Below, piece after piece: positions 1-13,654 of a stretch of DNA of 64,000 nucleotides. Under the pieces are notes generated by a model that saw only the letters and a list, made by a program, of their open reading frames with translations, had not been told where the DNA came from and made no database searches. Position numbers and translations under genes: made by a program. Each line of letters opens with the position of its first letter. Position 1 is the stretch's first letter. Origin of the DNA: Octopus sinensis (Eukaryota); contig NC_043002.1 in assembly GCF_006345805.1 (NCBI RefSeq), positions 63,984,001-64,048,000 on the forward strand. Reading direction: 5' to 3'.

Positions 1-119
1 TTCTGAAATTAGAAATATCTATTTATAAGCTGCTGAAGATACCGGAGAAAATATTTCATTCCTATCTATATATATATATATATATATATATATCTATTTA
101 TCTATCTAATTCTGCATTA

Positions 120-590
120 TAGACAAACCCGCCTACAACGAACTAGATATCGAACACCTGAGTGACAACACACCATACGAAAAGATTCACAACATCACAC
201 CTCACCAACTGGAGTCCAGCATCAACACCAGCTGGATCAACCTTTGTCAAAAGGAAACTGACTAAGAAGACTAAACTGAACTACACATCTAACATCACCA
301 CCCTTCCATTCTTCTAAAATTTAGTGAAAACCCACAAACACGAACCTAATCTTAAAATTAGACCCATATTATCAGGAGTTAATTGTCCTTTCTATAAGAT
401 TTTTTGCTCCTCTCTAAACGCCTCAAGCCATTACTACACACAGTTCCCGGACACGCCAGAAGCTCCCACAAAATTTTCACAAGACTCAAATATATCTACC
501 CTTGCTTACTTAAAACTAGCAAAAACCATTTTAGTTTAGATATAGTCTCCCTCTACACCTCTGTACTCCTCGCTCTCCGGCCATCGATAT
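120..590 (+). pseudogene. Decayed Penelope-like RT N-terminal fragment
   Basis: Translations KTHKHEPNLKIRPILSGVNCP and SLDIVSLYTSV resemble the PLE RT motifs PKxHK..RPI.S and SLD..SL.T.VP. Frameshifted. Confidence 0.6.
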
Positions 591-1448
591 CCTCATAGAT
601 TACATCACGTCCTTAACGACCGATATCTCCTCCCCCACCTCCTTCCTAATCTCTAACTCCATCCCCTGCAACCTCCCTCTCCCAGAGTTCCACTTTGTCT
701 TCTCCCACCTCCCCATCCATCAACCTCCAGCTCACATAGGCTACTGGAAACGGTGTTTCATGGGACTACATAGCATTAGCATTCTTCCCTTTCTTGGGAC
801 TGCAGCATACACGCCACACGTCATTATGTAACATTGTGAGCTTAGATTTTCCAGATTACCACTTGGTTTCTTTAAAATCAGCTAAAGATTTTTGCTTATG
901 ATGTAATCTAAGAGTTTATCAATAATATACTGCTGAAACAGACATTGTGAAATTTAAATCTCATTTGGGTTCTATTTTTTATACAAACACTGCACTTGGA
1001 ACCATTCCTAATCTGAATCTGCAGTTTTATTGAAATAGAAAGAAATATAGCAATACTTAGATGCTAATAGAGAGGTGTTTAGGTGCATTTAGTAAAAAAC
1101 AATGCAGAAAAAAAGGAGTTTTCCCCATAGCCTATCCACCATAAAGCAACGATAAAAATAATACCAATATTAATGTTTTCTATGTTTTCTACTATTGCAC
1201 ACTGCCTGAAATTTCGTGGATAGAGTTCGGCAAGTACATTAAGTGATTGCTATGCTCGACAATATTTACTTCCTGCTGTAAACTCAACAGTGTTTATTAA
1301 ATTTCAAGAACTGAAAGTTCAAATCCATGCATGCATACATAAATACATACGTGCATGCATACATGTACTTTTTTCTGCGAAAACATATCTCACAGATACA
1401 TACACAAACATCCATACCATAAAGAAGAATGGAAAAACTTGAGAGCTC

Positions 1449-1855
1449 ATCTGCTGATACGGGATTCAAAATCCTTAACTCCAAACTGCACCAGTTGCAA
1501 AAAAACACAGTTACATTTGAAATACTAAAGCATAAATCTACAGTGTAAAGGCTCAATTACATCGCAATTTACAATTTTCTTTGATGAGATGCTGTGAACA
1601 CTCATTCTAATGTTGGATGCAACACGATTTATAAAGCTGTACATTTTTGTGAGTGTAACGATTTCTTCGCTTGTTTTCGACATGGCAAATATAGAGAAAA
1701 TTAGTGGAATTTGGTTTTGTCATCACTGTTTCTTAATTACTAGATCTTAAAAAAGTAAAAAGTGCTTCTTTACATAGATGCAGACGATATATTTAATTCG
1801 AAATAAGAATGTCATCATTTCTGAACATGACTAAGCTTAATACAGATTTGAGTTT
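1449..1855. repeat. Direct repeat copy 1 (~410 bp)
   Basis: Aligns by eye with 2571-2986, from atctgctgatacgggattcaaaa to tacagattt. Confidence 0.9.
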
Positions 1856-2142
1856 AGTAAGTATTATAAGCAGATTTTAAAACTAATCACGTTCGTTTTC
1901 TAACGCCTTATTAAAAGCCATGTAACGGAGGCCATCAAGCGCGCTAGGCCCTAATCATAATGCGTAAATTCACATTCCAAACACTGTGGAAATGATGAAT
2001 GTTACCCATCAGCTTTTGTTTTCCATTTGTTCTGTTTTCCATTTTTTCTCGTTGTTTACGTATTTCATGTTATTTGCACAGTTGGTGATGTCCTGTACCT
2101 ATATATGCGCGCGCGCGTATATATATACATATATATATATAT

Positions 2143-2381
2143 ATCATAATAATATATCATATTATATCAAATTATATTATATAAGTATATATATATATAT
2201 ATATATCATAATAATATATAATATTATATCAAATTATATTATATAAGTATATATATATATATATATATATCATAATATTATATCATATTATATCAAATTA
2301 TATTATAAGTATATATATATATATATATAATATATATATATCATAATAATATATCATATTATATCAAATTATATTATATAA

Positions 2382-2415
<34 letters not shown>

Positions 2416-2452
2416 TAATAATATATCATATTATATCAAATTACATTATATA

Positions 2453-2465
<13 letters not shown>
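2143..2465. repeat. AT-rich minisatellite, 5 units each followed by variable (TA)n
   Basis: Unit tatcataataatatatcatattatatcaaattatattatataag recurs near 2143, 2205, 2269, 2340 and 2412. Confidence 0.9.
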
Positions 2466-2492
<27 letters not shown>

Positions 2493-2570
2493 AGCAAACA
2501 TACATACATACACCAACACAAACAGATACACTCACATGATACACAAAGGGTTAAAATGATAATCTGCCTG

Positions 2571-2986
2571 ATCTGCTGATACGGGATTCAAAAACCTTAA
2601 CTCCAAACTGCACCAGCTGCAAAAAAAAAACACACAGTTACATCTGAAATAGTAAAGTGTAACTCTACTCTGTAAAGGCTCAATTACATCGCAATATACA
2701 ATTTTCTTTGAGGAGATGCTGTGTACAGTCATTCTAATGTTGGATGCAACACGATTTATAAAGCTGTACATTTTTGTGTGTGTGTAACGATTTCTCCGCT
2801 TGTTTTCGATATGGCAAATGTAGAAAAAACTAGCGGGATTTAGTTTTGTCGTCATTGTTTATTAATTACTAGATCTTAAAAAAGTAAAAAAGTGCTTCTA
2901 TACATAGATGCAGACGATATATTTAACTAGAAATACGAACGTCATCATTTCTGAACATGTCTAACCCTAATACAGATTTTGACTTT
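2571..2986. repeat. Direct repeat copy 2, followed by (CATA)n at 2987-3068
   Basis: Paralog of 1449-1855. A partial further unit start at 3079-3118 matches 2541-2580. Confidence 0.9.
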
Positions 2987-3271
2987 ACATACATACATAC
3001 ACCATACATACATACATACATACATACATACATACATACATACATACATACATACATACATACATACACTCGCACGATACACAAAAGGTTAAAATGATAA
3101 CCAGCCTGCTCTGCTGCTTTATAAAGAAAATTTCTCGGTAGAAAGTATATTCCTTATAACATAATTAGGAATGCAGGAGACACTGAGTGAACAGAATTGT
3201 TAGATGTCTGTTAATTTTTACGCACAGTCAGATATTCTTTACGCTAGATGAAATATTCCTGCACCAACGTA

Positions 3272-4520
3272 CAATGGTTGGATAAAATAATGGAAACACC
3301 TAACATCATAGCATCAAAATATTGAAATGTCTATAAAACCGTCAATGGCTTGTTTATATTTATGTGTTTTGATTTATTATGAGTTGCTTAATATATTTTG
3401 ATAAAATTGCTGTTTCTTTTCAGATATCATCAGAAAAATTGTACTTAAAATTCATTAACATAAATGACAGATCTATCCGACTTTCAAAGAGGTCAAATTG
3501 CTGGTACTCGCAGGGCAGGCGTTAGCGTAACAACAGCAGCCGAAATGTTTAGTGTACTGTCTCGAAAGTAATGACAGCCATTGAGAAAGAGAGAAAAACC
3601 TCCTCGTCGAAATAAAACTCCGGAAGAAAGACAAAACTTTCCGATAGGGACCGTCGGAATCTTACGCGAATTATTAGAAAGGATCACAAAAGTACAGCTC
3701 CCCAAATTACTCCAAGCTTAATGACTACCTCGATAACCAAGTTTCCCACAAGTTGTTCGCCGTGAGCTGCAAAAAGCAGGATTTCGCGGAAGGACTGCAA
3801 TCAGAACACCACTACTTTCAAAAACAAACATTGCAAAACTTTTAGATCGAGTAAAAACCTACAGAATTGGTTCCGAGTGCAGTGGATGAATATCCTTAAC
3901 TCGTGCAAGTCATCCTTTATCTTACTATGATGACCGGTCAAGTATAGGTGTTGAGACAGCCAAAAGAAGCATTTCACCCAGACTGCCTTCTTCTAACTGT
4001 TAATCATGGAGGGGGAGGTATGATGATCTGGTGGGAGAGGGTGACACTATCTTAGAAATCAGCCGGCGCAACAGCCACCCTTCTTGGCAAAATTAATAGT
4101 CAAGACTTTTGAAGCATTTTATCGTATCAAATTTATCCTATGGTTGCGGAAATGTTTCCGGAGAGAAACGCAATCTTTCAGGAGGATAATGTAACAATTC
4201 GCATAGCTAAAGTTGTTACTGACTGGCACGAACAACATTCTAGTGAAATTGAACACATTATCTGGCCACTACGGCCTGCATAACTCAATATTATTGAACA
4301 TTTATGGTGCGTTTTAGAAAAGCAAGAAAGTAGTAGATATCCTCCACCATCACCGCTACAGGAAATGCATACTGTTTTAGATGAATAATGGACAAATATT
4401 GCTTCAGAAACAATTCAAACTTTGTACGAGACTCAAGCTGTAAATGCTGCCAAAGGCGGTCCTATCTCATATTAAAGTAAGTTCGTTTGAAATTTTAAGG
4501 TGTTTCCATTATTGTGTCCA
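3272..4520 (+). mobile_element. Tc1-family DNA transposon, decayed, near full length
   Basis: TIR match tggataaaataatggaaacacct (3279-3301) versus aggtgtttccattattgtgtcca (4498-4520). TA immediately precedes the left end. Confidence 0.85.
3464..4475 (+). pseudogene. Tc1 transposase pseudogene
   Basis: Pieces MTDLSDFQRGQIAG, SGRKTKLSDRDRR, HGGGGMMIW, FQEDN, WP...LNIIEHLW and AKGGPISY, broken by stops and frameshifts. Confidence 0.85.
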
Positions 4521-4569
4521 TATATATAAGTGGACAAAATAATATATATATATATATAATATATATATA

Positions 4570-4607
<38 letters not shown>

Positions 4608-4644
4608 GTGTGTGTGTATGTATATATATCTATGTATGTATGTT

Positions 4645-4827
4645 GGCGCATGTGTGACTGAGTGGTAAGAAGCTTGCTTCCCAAACACATGGTCCCTGGA
4701 CCAGTCACACTGCACGTGGCATCTTGGGCAAGTATCTCTTTGGGTTGACCAGACCGAAACTTCAAAACGTCCTAAAGGTGGTGCTCCTGCATGACCGGAG
4801 TCAAATGACTGACAAAAGTATAAGAAC
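4645..4827 (+). mobile_element. SINE family A (tRNA-derived), internally deleted
   Basis: Head gagtggtaagaagcttgcttcccaaacacatgg and tail gtcaaatgactgacaaaag, both shared with other copies. Confidence 0.7.
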
Positions 4828-4861
4828 AATATAATGATAATAAGATATATAACTGTATATA

Positions 4862-4971
<110 letters not shown>

Positions 4972-5428
4972 GCTATATATGTATGTATGTATGTGTGTGT
5001 ATGTATAATAGACGTATTTAAATTGGATTAACTTCATGTTGTTTCACGTCGAACATACGTGAAAGACTGGTCTTTAGTTGCGTATAAGAGAATAAGAGAA
5101 TCACTACTTTTATATCTACACGGTACACGCTTAACTTAGGAGATATAATTGCAAATATCAGACACATTGCCAGAAATATAGAGTTATAACGGTAAAAAAT
5201 ATCAAGATCAACGAATGCAATACAGTAAAGTCAAGCGCCTACAGAAGAATAAAAATTTTACACATCACTAATTAGTTTCGCTTTTTCGTAACATTTAACT
5301 ATCTATATACAATCACAGCATATATACATTGAAGCATACACACACACACGAAAAAGCACATACGCTCACACGCATATCTATATGTATATGTATATATCTA
5401 TATATATATATATATACATACACATATA

Positions 5429-5500
<72 letters not shown>

Positions 5501-5693
5501 TAAACATATACACGCACACATATACATATTTATAATGCTTTAACTTTCACTGTTTGTAGCCACAGGGTGTGACCTTCCTGGAGTACCATCATTCAGTGTT
5601 TTTCGTTTCTTTCCTCTAACGATTCTGGCGAAGTAGTATGTGCTTCCTGGTGCGATGTGAGTTCGTCTGGTATCTCGATAATGAGCGTGTGAT

Positions 5694-5738
<45 letters not shown>

Positions 5739-6124
5739 TATATGTATATGTATATTTGTAAAAGATATTTATAGAAATGAAAATATCTTATAGGTATTAT
5801 GTATAATAAGCAATATTTAAGTATTTTAGTTGTGATAGCTTTCCTCCGAAGACGAAATATTAAAATTTAATCTTCTGATCTTGCAAGACGTTGCTGGTAC
5901 ATAGTTTATTACTGATTAATGCGAAAAATTTACCTTGGATAGACTAGAAACCTGAACCGAATTCCATGTAATTTTGCCCGTCGTTGTTTCTATATTTCAA
6001 ATGACTAATGACTTAATATTTCGTCTCCTTTCCTAAGTTAATATAGTTTATCAAAATTATATATGCCTATATCTAGTAACTAGATTCTTTGAAAGTAAAT
6101 TCTTATTAATATTGTGTAGCATAA

Positions 6125-6215
6125 ATTGCCTCCGAGGTCGACTTTGCTTTTCATACTTACCTGGTCGGTAAAATAAGTAGTACCATTTTAATACAGGCGC
6201 CAAAATTTGAAACCA
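6125..6215 (+). mobile_element. SINE family C fragment
   Basis: ccgaggtcgactttgcttttcat...aaataagtagtacc matches the other family C copies. Confidence 0.55.
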
Positions 6216-6483
6216 ATATTTTAACATAAATTAGTGTAACTAAAAATTGGGAAGCAGTTTGCTCGACGTTGTTCAGATAATTTTGCAATTTCCCATTACC
6301 TGCTGTCCAACCATTTAAAATACAACTAAGTACATAATTTTATACAAGTACACTCCCTGTTATGCTAAACGGACGTTCACTTTTCTTTCACTGGTGAAGT
6401 ATTCTGTGCCTATTATATATCACTTCGTTATCGGACGGAAAACTTTGCAAATTTCCAGTCACTCACTTGCTCTCTCTCTCTCA

Positions 6484-6596
<113 letters not shown>

Positions 6597-6658
6597 CATC
6601 AGAAAAGAATTCGAGCAAAAATTAACAATTGGTAAAGAAAAAATGTTTTGAATACTAA

Positions 6659-6918
6659 AACAATGCACTGTAAAACAGACAATGAGCTATTTACCTGTTG
6701 TAATTCAGCCATCCATAGTCTGATATGATATTTCGGAATAATATCCCTTCTTCGGATAGTCTTAGATGGAATCGCAGCGACTATTCTTAGATGTGGTCGC
6801 AGCGACTCCATCTAAGAATATCTGAAGATGTAGTATTATTCCAAAACATCATATCAGACTATGGATGACTAAATTACAGCAAGTATATAGCCCATTGTCT
6901 GCATTATAGTGCATTGTT
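6659..6918. repeat. Imperfect palindrome (~120-bp arms), foldback/MITE-like
   Basis: Left arm aacaatgcac...gatggaatcgc is the reverse complement of right arm gcgactccatc...gtgcattgtt, with scattered mismatches. Confidence 0.85.
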
Positions 6919-7374
6919 GTGCCATTCAAAACATTTTATTCTTTACAAACAATACGCAGTGCCTCAAGCGAACTATAGTACCTTCCTATCCATCATTGGT
7001 ATTAAAAGATTGTAGTTTAATTTTTAATGTTAATAAAACATTTACGGATGTTTACGTTTGTTATGTTTGACATGAATTTGCATTTTTCTCGTTCCATGAA
7101 ATAAACACCCTCAGAATGATTTAGAGTTTATCGGACGAATATAGAGGGAGATACAGGGAAAATGAATACAAAAATGAAAAAAGGAAAAAAGGTCGTTGAG
7201 TATTTAATCCTATTTTGTTGCATCCTTTGAGGCTGCACGTGTGTATACAATACTTCTATGTGATGCATGGAGCAATAAGTCGGGAATATGACAAGTTGAG
7301 CAGCGGTGTTAGTCGAGATATACCGGCAGTAATACCCGGTGTGATAATTGTAATAAATAACGCTGTTTGAGACC

Positions 7375-7415
<41 letters not shown>

Positions 7416-7428
7416 CATATATATTTAC

Positions 7429-7461
<33 letters not shown>

Positions 7462-7504
7462 ATAATATATATATATATATAATATATATACAGATATATA
7501 TATG

Positions 7505-7860
7505 TATATAAATCTGAGAATGTGTGTGCGTGTTTGTCTGTCTGTCTGTGTAAATCTCTAAAACTTGAGAACTACACAACCAATTTCATTCAAATTTTAC
7601 ACACGCCTTACTTAAGGTCCATGTAGTGTCATGGGCAAAATTATTTTAACTTCTTGCCTAGGGTGAGTCCACAGCAATATCATATCTTCCCCACTATTTC
7701 AGTATTACGTGTTAAAACTGAAACAAATTCATCTCTCTATTGTAATCTCAGATACTTTCACGTTAATACTGAAACTATTAAAGTGAAACTATCATATAAC
7801 AGGGATGAACCATTAACAGTGGACATCCATTTTGCTAGAAGATGATCCGCTATGATCTTA
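7505..7860 (+). mobile_element. Possible non-autonomous Helitron/HINE-like 5' portion
   Basis: A (GTCT)n run followed by aaatctctaaaacttgagaactacacaaccaatttcattcaaattttacac resembles the DINE/HINE-like layout (recall). Confidence 0.4.
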
Positions 7861-8077
7861 TATGCTACACCACTGGTTTTGAATTCATATTAATCAAATT
7901 AATATTCAATTTTTCACCCTTATTATTTGAACTTATATATATATAGATATATATGTATACATGTATGTGGAGACGTATATATATATATAGATGTACATGT
8001 AATATGTACTTATATATATATATATATATATACACATATATTTATGCATACATATATACACCCATACACACATACAT

Positions 8078-8404
8078 AGGTGCAGGTGTGGCTGTGTGGT
8101 AACAAACTTGGTTCCAAAACACATGGTCCTCAGTTCAGTCACACTGTGTGGTAACTTGGCATGTGTCTTCTGCTATAGCCTCAGACCATCCAAAGCCTTA
8201 CCAGTGGATTTTGTAGACAGAAACTGAAAGAAATCAATCTTATCTATATGTATATGTAAGTGTATGTGTGTGTCTTTGTCTCTTGTTTCGCCCTCATCAC
8301 TGCTTCACAACTGCTGTTCATTTATTTACATCCCCATAAATTACTGGTTTCAAACGAACAAACTAATAGAATTAGTACCAGGCTTACAGGCTTATCAACA
8401 TAAA
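8078..8404 (+). mobile_element. SINE family A, decayed
   Basis: gtggctgtgtggtaac...gtggattttgtagacagaaactgaaagaa. Confidence 0.75.
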
Positions 8405-8524
8405 AAAGCACTAAGCTGTGTCACAAAGTTTTGTTTGCCCACTAAGTTGTATCTATAAATATTTCTTTGTATGTGTATGTGTGTGTATATATCTATATCT
8501 ATATATCTATATATCTATATATAT

Positions 8525-8571
<47 letters not shown>

Positions 8572-9799
8572 CACCCTAATGGAGGCTTTAATCCCAAATT
8601 TTAGTCATTTCTTTTATGATCCAAGACTAGGCCAAAAGTACTGAATGGATTTTTATTAAATTTGGAAATTGTATTCTATGCATAAGGGCCATAACCCCCC
8701 TGGCAATTCATATATTTTTGCTGTTGATGAGATTATTAACATAGATATTAGACACAAATGAAGTCATATTTATACAATTTCATTTTCTTACAAGTTAGAA
8801 AGATTCCTCCATGGGGACTTAACATCCACAATTTTGTCATTTTATCTAAGCAAAAGCGAATACAGTTGTGTTCTTGGAAGCTGTAGGGTTACCCGAGTAT
8901 AAAAGTTTATCATTATTTGTTATTGAATGATACAACAGTGTAACAGTTTGCTTTGACATACACTTACATTGTGATTTCTGCACTGTGGTGCATAAATTGT
9001 CAAGTAATGAGAGGCATCTTTGCCTCCGCTGATTCAGTCGCAAAGTGTTGAGTAAAGTTATTTGATTTGCAAACATCCTTTCAGTCTTTTTATTATCACT
9101 CGGTCACACATAGTCCCCAAATGGTAACATTGATTGCAAGGCCTACCCACATGAGTGACTGGTTGTTCATTTATAGATTGTAAATTTATTCTGTCCAGTT
9201 ACGTATCAGTATAGTGGTCATTTCCAAAAGCCAGAGGTGACACTTTCATTTCTCCTTAGCCCTCACGCCACACAGTTGTTAATGTTTATTTAGTTGGGTC
9301 ACGCCCTTCCAATTGCTATAGATTCGTAATGCCTTTTACGGCTGTGCCTGTCACCTGGATGGTGAGAAATCCTACATCGGGAGTGGTAACGACTAGGGTA
9401 GGGTAGCTGACTTCTTATTGTAATCATTTGTCTATTGGTTTCCTGCAGCTTTGCTCTCTTTTACAAAACCCAGTGAACATATATTTCCTATTTCAAAGAA
9501 ATTCAAACAATAGATATAAGACACAAGTTAAAATTATTCTCAACAATTCAAATTCTCTGGTGGACATTAAGATGCCCACCCCTAACAGGGGCCTTAACTC
9601 TCAAATTTTAGAGCTCTATGACCTTCATTTTTCAGGAGCAAAATCCTTTTAACAGGTTCAATAAGACTGAACTTTTGGAATGTGCGCATAAAAATCAGTT
9701 GTATGGGATACATGTGGCACGATTACAATTTTTTTTTTTGGGGGGGGGGTAATGAGAGAAATAACCCTCATCTGCAATTTTAATGAAATTCGAATCATA

Positions 9800-9888
9800 G
9801 ATAATCCAATTCATAAGAGAAAATATAACAGAAAAGTCTAGTTCTTCAATCCCATGTAACACGGGCAACGCCGGGTATCTCTGCTAGT
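9800..9888 (+). mobile_element. Helitron-like 3' end
   Basis: GC-rich cgggcaacgccggg (weak hairpin) ~10 nt upstream of CTAG|T at 9884-9888. Confidence 0.5.
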
Positions 9889-11134
9889 ATATAAATATAT
9901 ATATACATATATAAATACCAACGTGTGTGTGTGGGAATGTTTGTGCTTGTGTGTGTGTATGTATGTGTATGTGTGTGTGTGTGTGTGTACGTATATATAT
10001 ATATGTACATATGTATGTATGCAATTCTGAATCGATATTCTAACATATATTATCAATTCTCTGTACTTTTCGATGGAAAACATTGGGATCTTTTAAGAGA
10101 GCACCGTGTCTTTTGAATGCATTTTTATAAATGCAAACATATATGCATATGTTGTACGTATGTCTTTATGTGTGTATACACCTACATAAAATCCTCACGT
10201 TATCATTTTAATTATTATGTCAAAACAATCGGATTTTTACTTTTTTTCTTAACACTTTTAGTTATTCCGCTAACATCAAGCAACTCTGAAATTTTACTGA
10301 TAGATTTACCAATATATCCATAGAATAGTTTCTAAGATAAATAATGTTGGGAACAACAAGTGCATTGAGTAACAGATGCCATTCTTCCTTTAAGTTTGAT
10401 TACATTTTTATCAAATTGACATGAAACAATAAACCTAAAATAACACTAGACATGTTGGCCAAATGAAAATAATATCAGAGCCATCGGTCACGTTTGTATT
10501 TCTTATAACTTTGGATGCATTAATATGATATAGAAAAGTGAATATGCAATTTCCAATAGTTCATTAATTGGTATTAACATACCAGTAGAAATCAGCGAGC
10601 AAAGAGAATTGCTAGCACTCTAAGCAAAATGCATAGAGACATACTGTTCGTCCTTACGTTCCGTGAGGATGTCTTCGCATTCCATCATATCGGGATGTAC
10701 CAGTTGCGTAAAGGGGTTTATGTAACCGACAAGTACCATGGACCAATGTTTCAGACCGTGTGTCTATAATAAATAGTATTAATATGCAAGTATCAATGTT
10801 TCATTCCATGCGTAAAATAATATAGGTTTCACATTGTAAATATCTTGTCGCCTGAGATTCCAACTCATGTGATATTTTCTCCAGTGAATTTCTTTGTGAA
10901 TTCAACTATAAAATGACGAGGACCTGCTGCTAGTTGAAGAGAAGTTTGGATGATGCAAATTCAATACCATTAACTGAATTCTTTAACATTCCTATTTTCA
11001 CAAAAACCTTCCTGTCTGGAGAGTCTGACAATTTTGCGATGTGTTAAGCATTGCGACGTGAAATATATTTTCATCAAGTGTTCTTACATTTTCACTGTAA
11101 GTAAATGTATACATATACATATGTAAGTACACAC

Positions 11135-11207
11135 TACTATATCCTTGGACCGACCATAGGGTGAGTGGATTTGTTAGACGGAAATTGAAAGAAGCCCGTC
11201 GTATATA

Positions 11208-11258
<51 letters not shown>

Positions 11259-11432
11259 GTGTGTGTGTGTATAGGTAGATGTTGGTGTGTTTACGTTCCC
11301 GTAAAATAGCGGTCGCCTAAAGTGACTGATAGAGTAAGTACTCTAGGGTTACCAAAACTAAGTCCTGGGTTCGATTTTGTCGACTAAATGCGGTGCTCTA
11401 ACATGGCCGCAGCCAAATGACTAAAACAAATA
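11135..11432 (+). mobile_element. SINE family A, 5' truncated
   Basis: gagtggatttgttagacggaaattgaaagaagcccgtcg, central microsatellite, tail aaatgactaaaacaa. Confidence 0.75.
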
Positions 11433-11579
11433 ATGAGATAAAGGACAAGTAGACATATATACATATATATATATATTATATAATATATTATAATATATAT
11501 ATATATAATATATATATATATATATTCTTATGGAAAGGCTTCGTGGGGTTCGATTATGAATACATAAAAAATATACATT

Positions 11580-12160
11580 AAGTACAGGACATCACCAATG
11601 AGTGAACAATACCTAAACGCACGAGAGATAAGTACAGGACAAAATGCCAAAATCGTTCGTCAATTTTTCGACTGTTCTACTACTCGCTTTTTTATCCTAT
11701 AAAAGACAAGTTTGGAAAACTTCAAACGACAATTGCATCCAGAAATTTTATAAATATAATATTTGTGTTGGGTTTGGTCTTCGAAGGAACAAACAACAAG
11801 AGTAGATGTGCAAAGTAGAGAACCGAGGAAGATAAGTTCTAAACGCCAAGACGAATTGTAATGGGTTACGTGTGGGAGAAATTTTAAAAAGAAATAGCAT
11901 AAATAGAAGAATAAAATTGGCGGAAGTCGAGAGAACGGATGTTCAGCGCGGTAGATGTCTTGTCCAGAAAAGACAAGGACGATAGAAATGGCCTGTAGTC
12001 GATAGTTGAAAACTTTTAGAAAAACAAAAGTCGAAGACGGTTGTATGGACAAGATGCAAGTGTATTACTTTCAGCCTCGGGGAAAATGAAAAATATTAAA
12101 CAGACAGGAATAAGAGGAAATAAACAGAGGGAGAATGAAAAAAACTTGTAGATTTTAGCG

Positions 12161-12195
<35 letters not shown>

Positions 12196-12345
12196 TGTGT
12201 GTGTGTTTGTGCGTGTGGGTGTAATAAATAAAAAATCGAAAACACAAGAAAACACGAGGACTTGGTCCATGCAAAGTACTAAAAGGCGTTGAGGGAAAGA
12301 CAGAAAGGTTGTTTTATGTTTCGAGCAAAGCTCTTCATCAAAAGC
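11580..12345 (-). mobile_element. Possible decayed PLE remnant with hammerhead relic at 12311-12345
   Basis: Minus strand reads ttgatga-a-GAGC-ttt-GCTC-gaaac-ata-aaac. A weak match RLELIFLGSL resembles PLE C-termini. Confidence 0.4.
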
Positions 12346-13399
12346 AGGAGACAGAAAAAGAAGACGGAGTTAAAAATCGTCAACCATCCACATGTAGTTA
12401 TATTTTGAAATGACTGGAAGGGAATGCACGAAGAAAAAATATTTTCTAAGACAGGAGAGTATAAGAGGAGGCATATGTGTGTATCTGTGGGTATGTGCGT
12501 GTGCGCGTGTGTGTGTAATAGCATGTGTCTGTGAGTGTGACATTACCTGAATGCGTCTGTGTATACGGGTGGTGGTTAACTGTATGTGTGCATGCCGGTG
12601 GTGGTAACTGTGTGCGTGAATTTTGCGTGGTATCACCTGTTTATATGTGTATGTGCGAGTGGTTTTTGTGTCTGTTAGGAAAAATTTAGCTGCTATTATG
12701 ACAGAAGTCATCTTCTGTGTAGCTGTGCGTTTCTTCACATATGCGTTGCGGGCAGTCTGAAGGGTGTGTATGTGTGTGTATATATGTGTGCGCGTGTATG
12801 TGTATGTGTATGTGTATGTTGTGTTTTACGCCTATATGTACGCGTAAGACTATAAGGATTATTAGTAACACATTTATCGTATATTCATTTTCGTGATTTA
12901 CATTGTTCCTTCCTGCAATGTTTCACCCTTCACTTTCTACAGTTTTTATGCATAATAATCATGGTGTACAGTTCCTTTCTAAGTGAGACCGGACAATATT
13001 ATATTTATATTGTTTGAATATTTCTGTTATGTGTTTGTAAAGCTCCTTATTGCTAATTTCATTTGTAGCTTATAAGCTTCCAAAACACATGTAATAAAAG
13101 CCGATCAGTAAGAGATTCTGTCGTTGCAAACCATTACATTCACAAAGTAAACTCTCACTACTAGCAACACACCACCGGCCACCACATCGATAAAATATTA
13201 TTTTGCCTAACTTTAACATAACATTCCATGGTGGGAGAGATTTTATTTAGGTTTCCATTGTAGAAACTACAATTACATTACGCAACCCTAACTAGAACCC
13301 TAAGTAAGCCAGAATGACCGTTGTTTATGCGAGAAGGAAATATTCTGTTACTATGCTCTTTCGAATATTCACAGATCGCAGCATTGCAATGTTTCGAAC

Positions 13400-13526
<127 letters not shown>

Positions 13527-13654
13527 AAATGAGGGTGAGGGTGAGAAATTAGATATTAATTTAATTAACATCGATTTCACACCAGTGGTCTAGCAGATAA
13601 AAAATTGAAGGTTCAGTAAAATTATATTAGATACATATTATAGTGAAACCACTC

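Noticed and set aside
33-62. ctgaaga-taccgga-gaaa hammerhead-like string
   Set aside because: Stem II is very weak and no stem I pairing is possible.
2143-2465. CRISPR-like repeat-spacer array
   Set aside because: The spacers are just (TA)n, the context is eukaryotic, and there are no cas genes.
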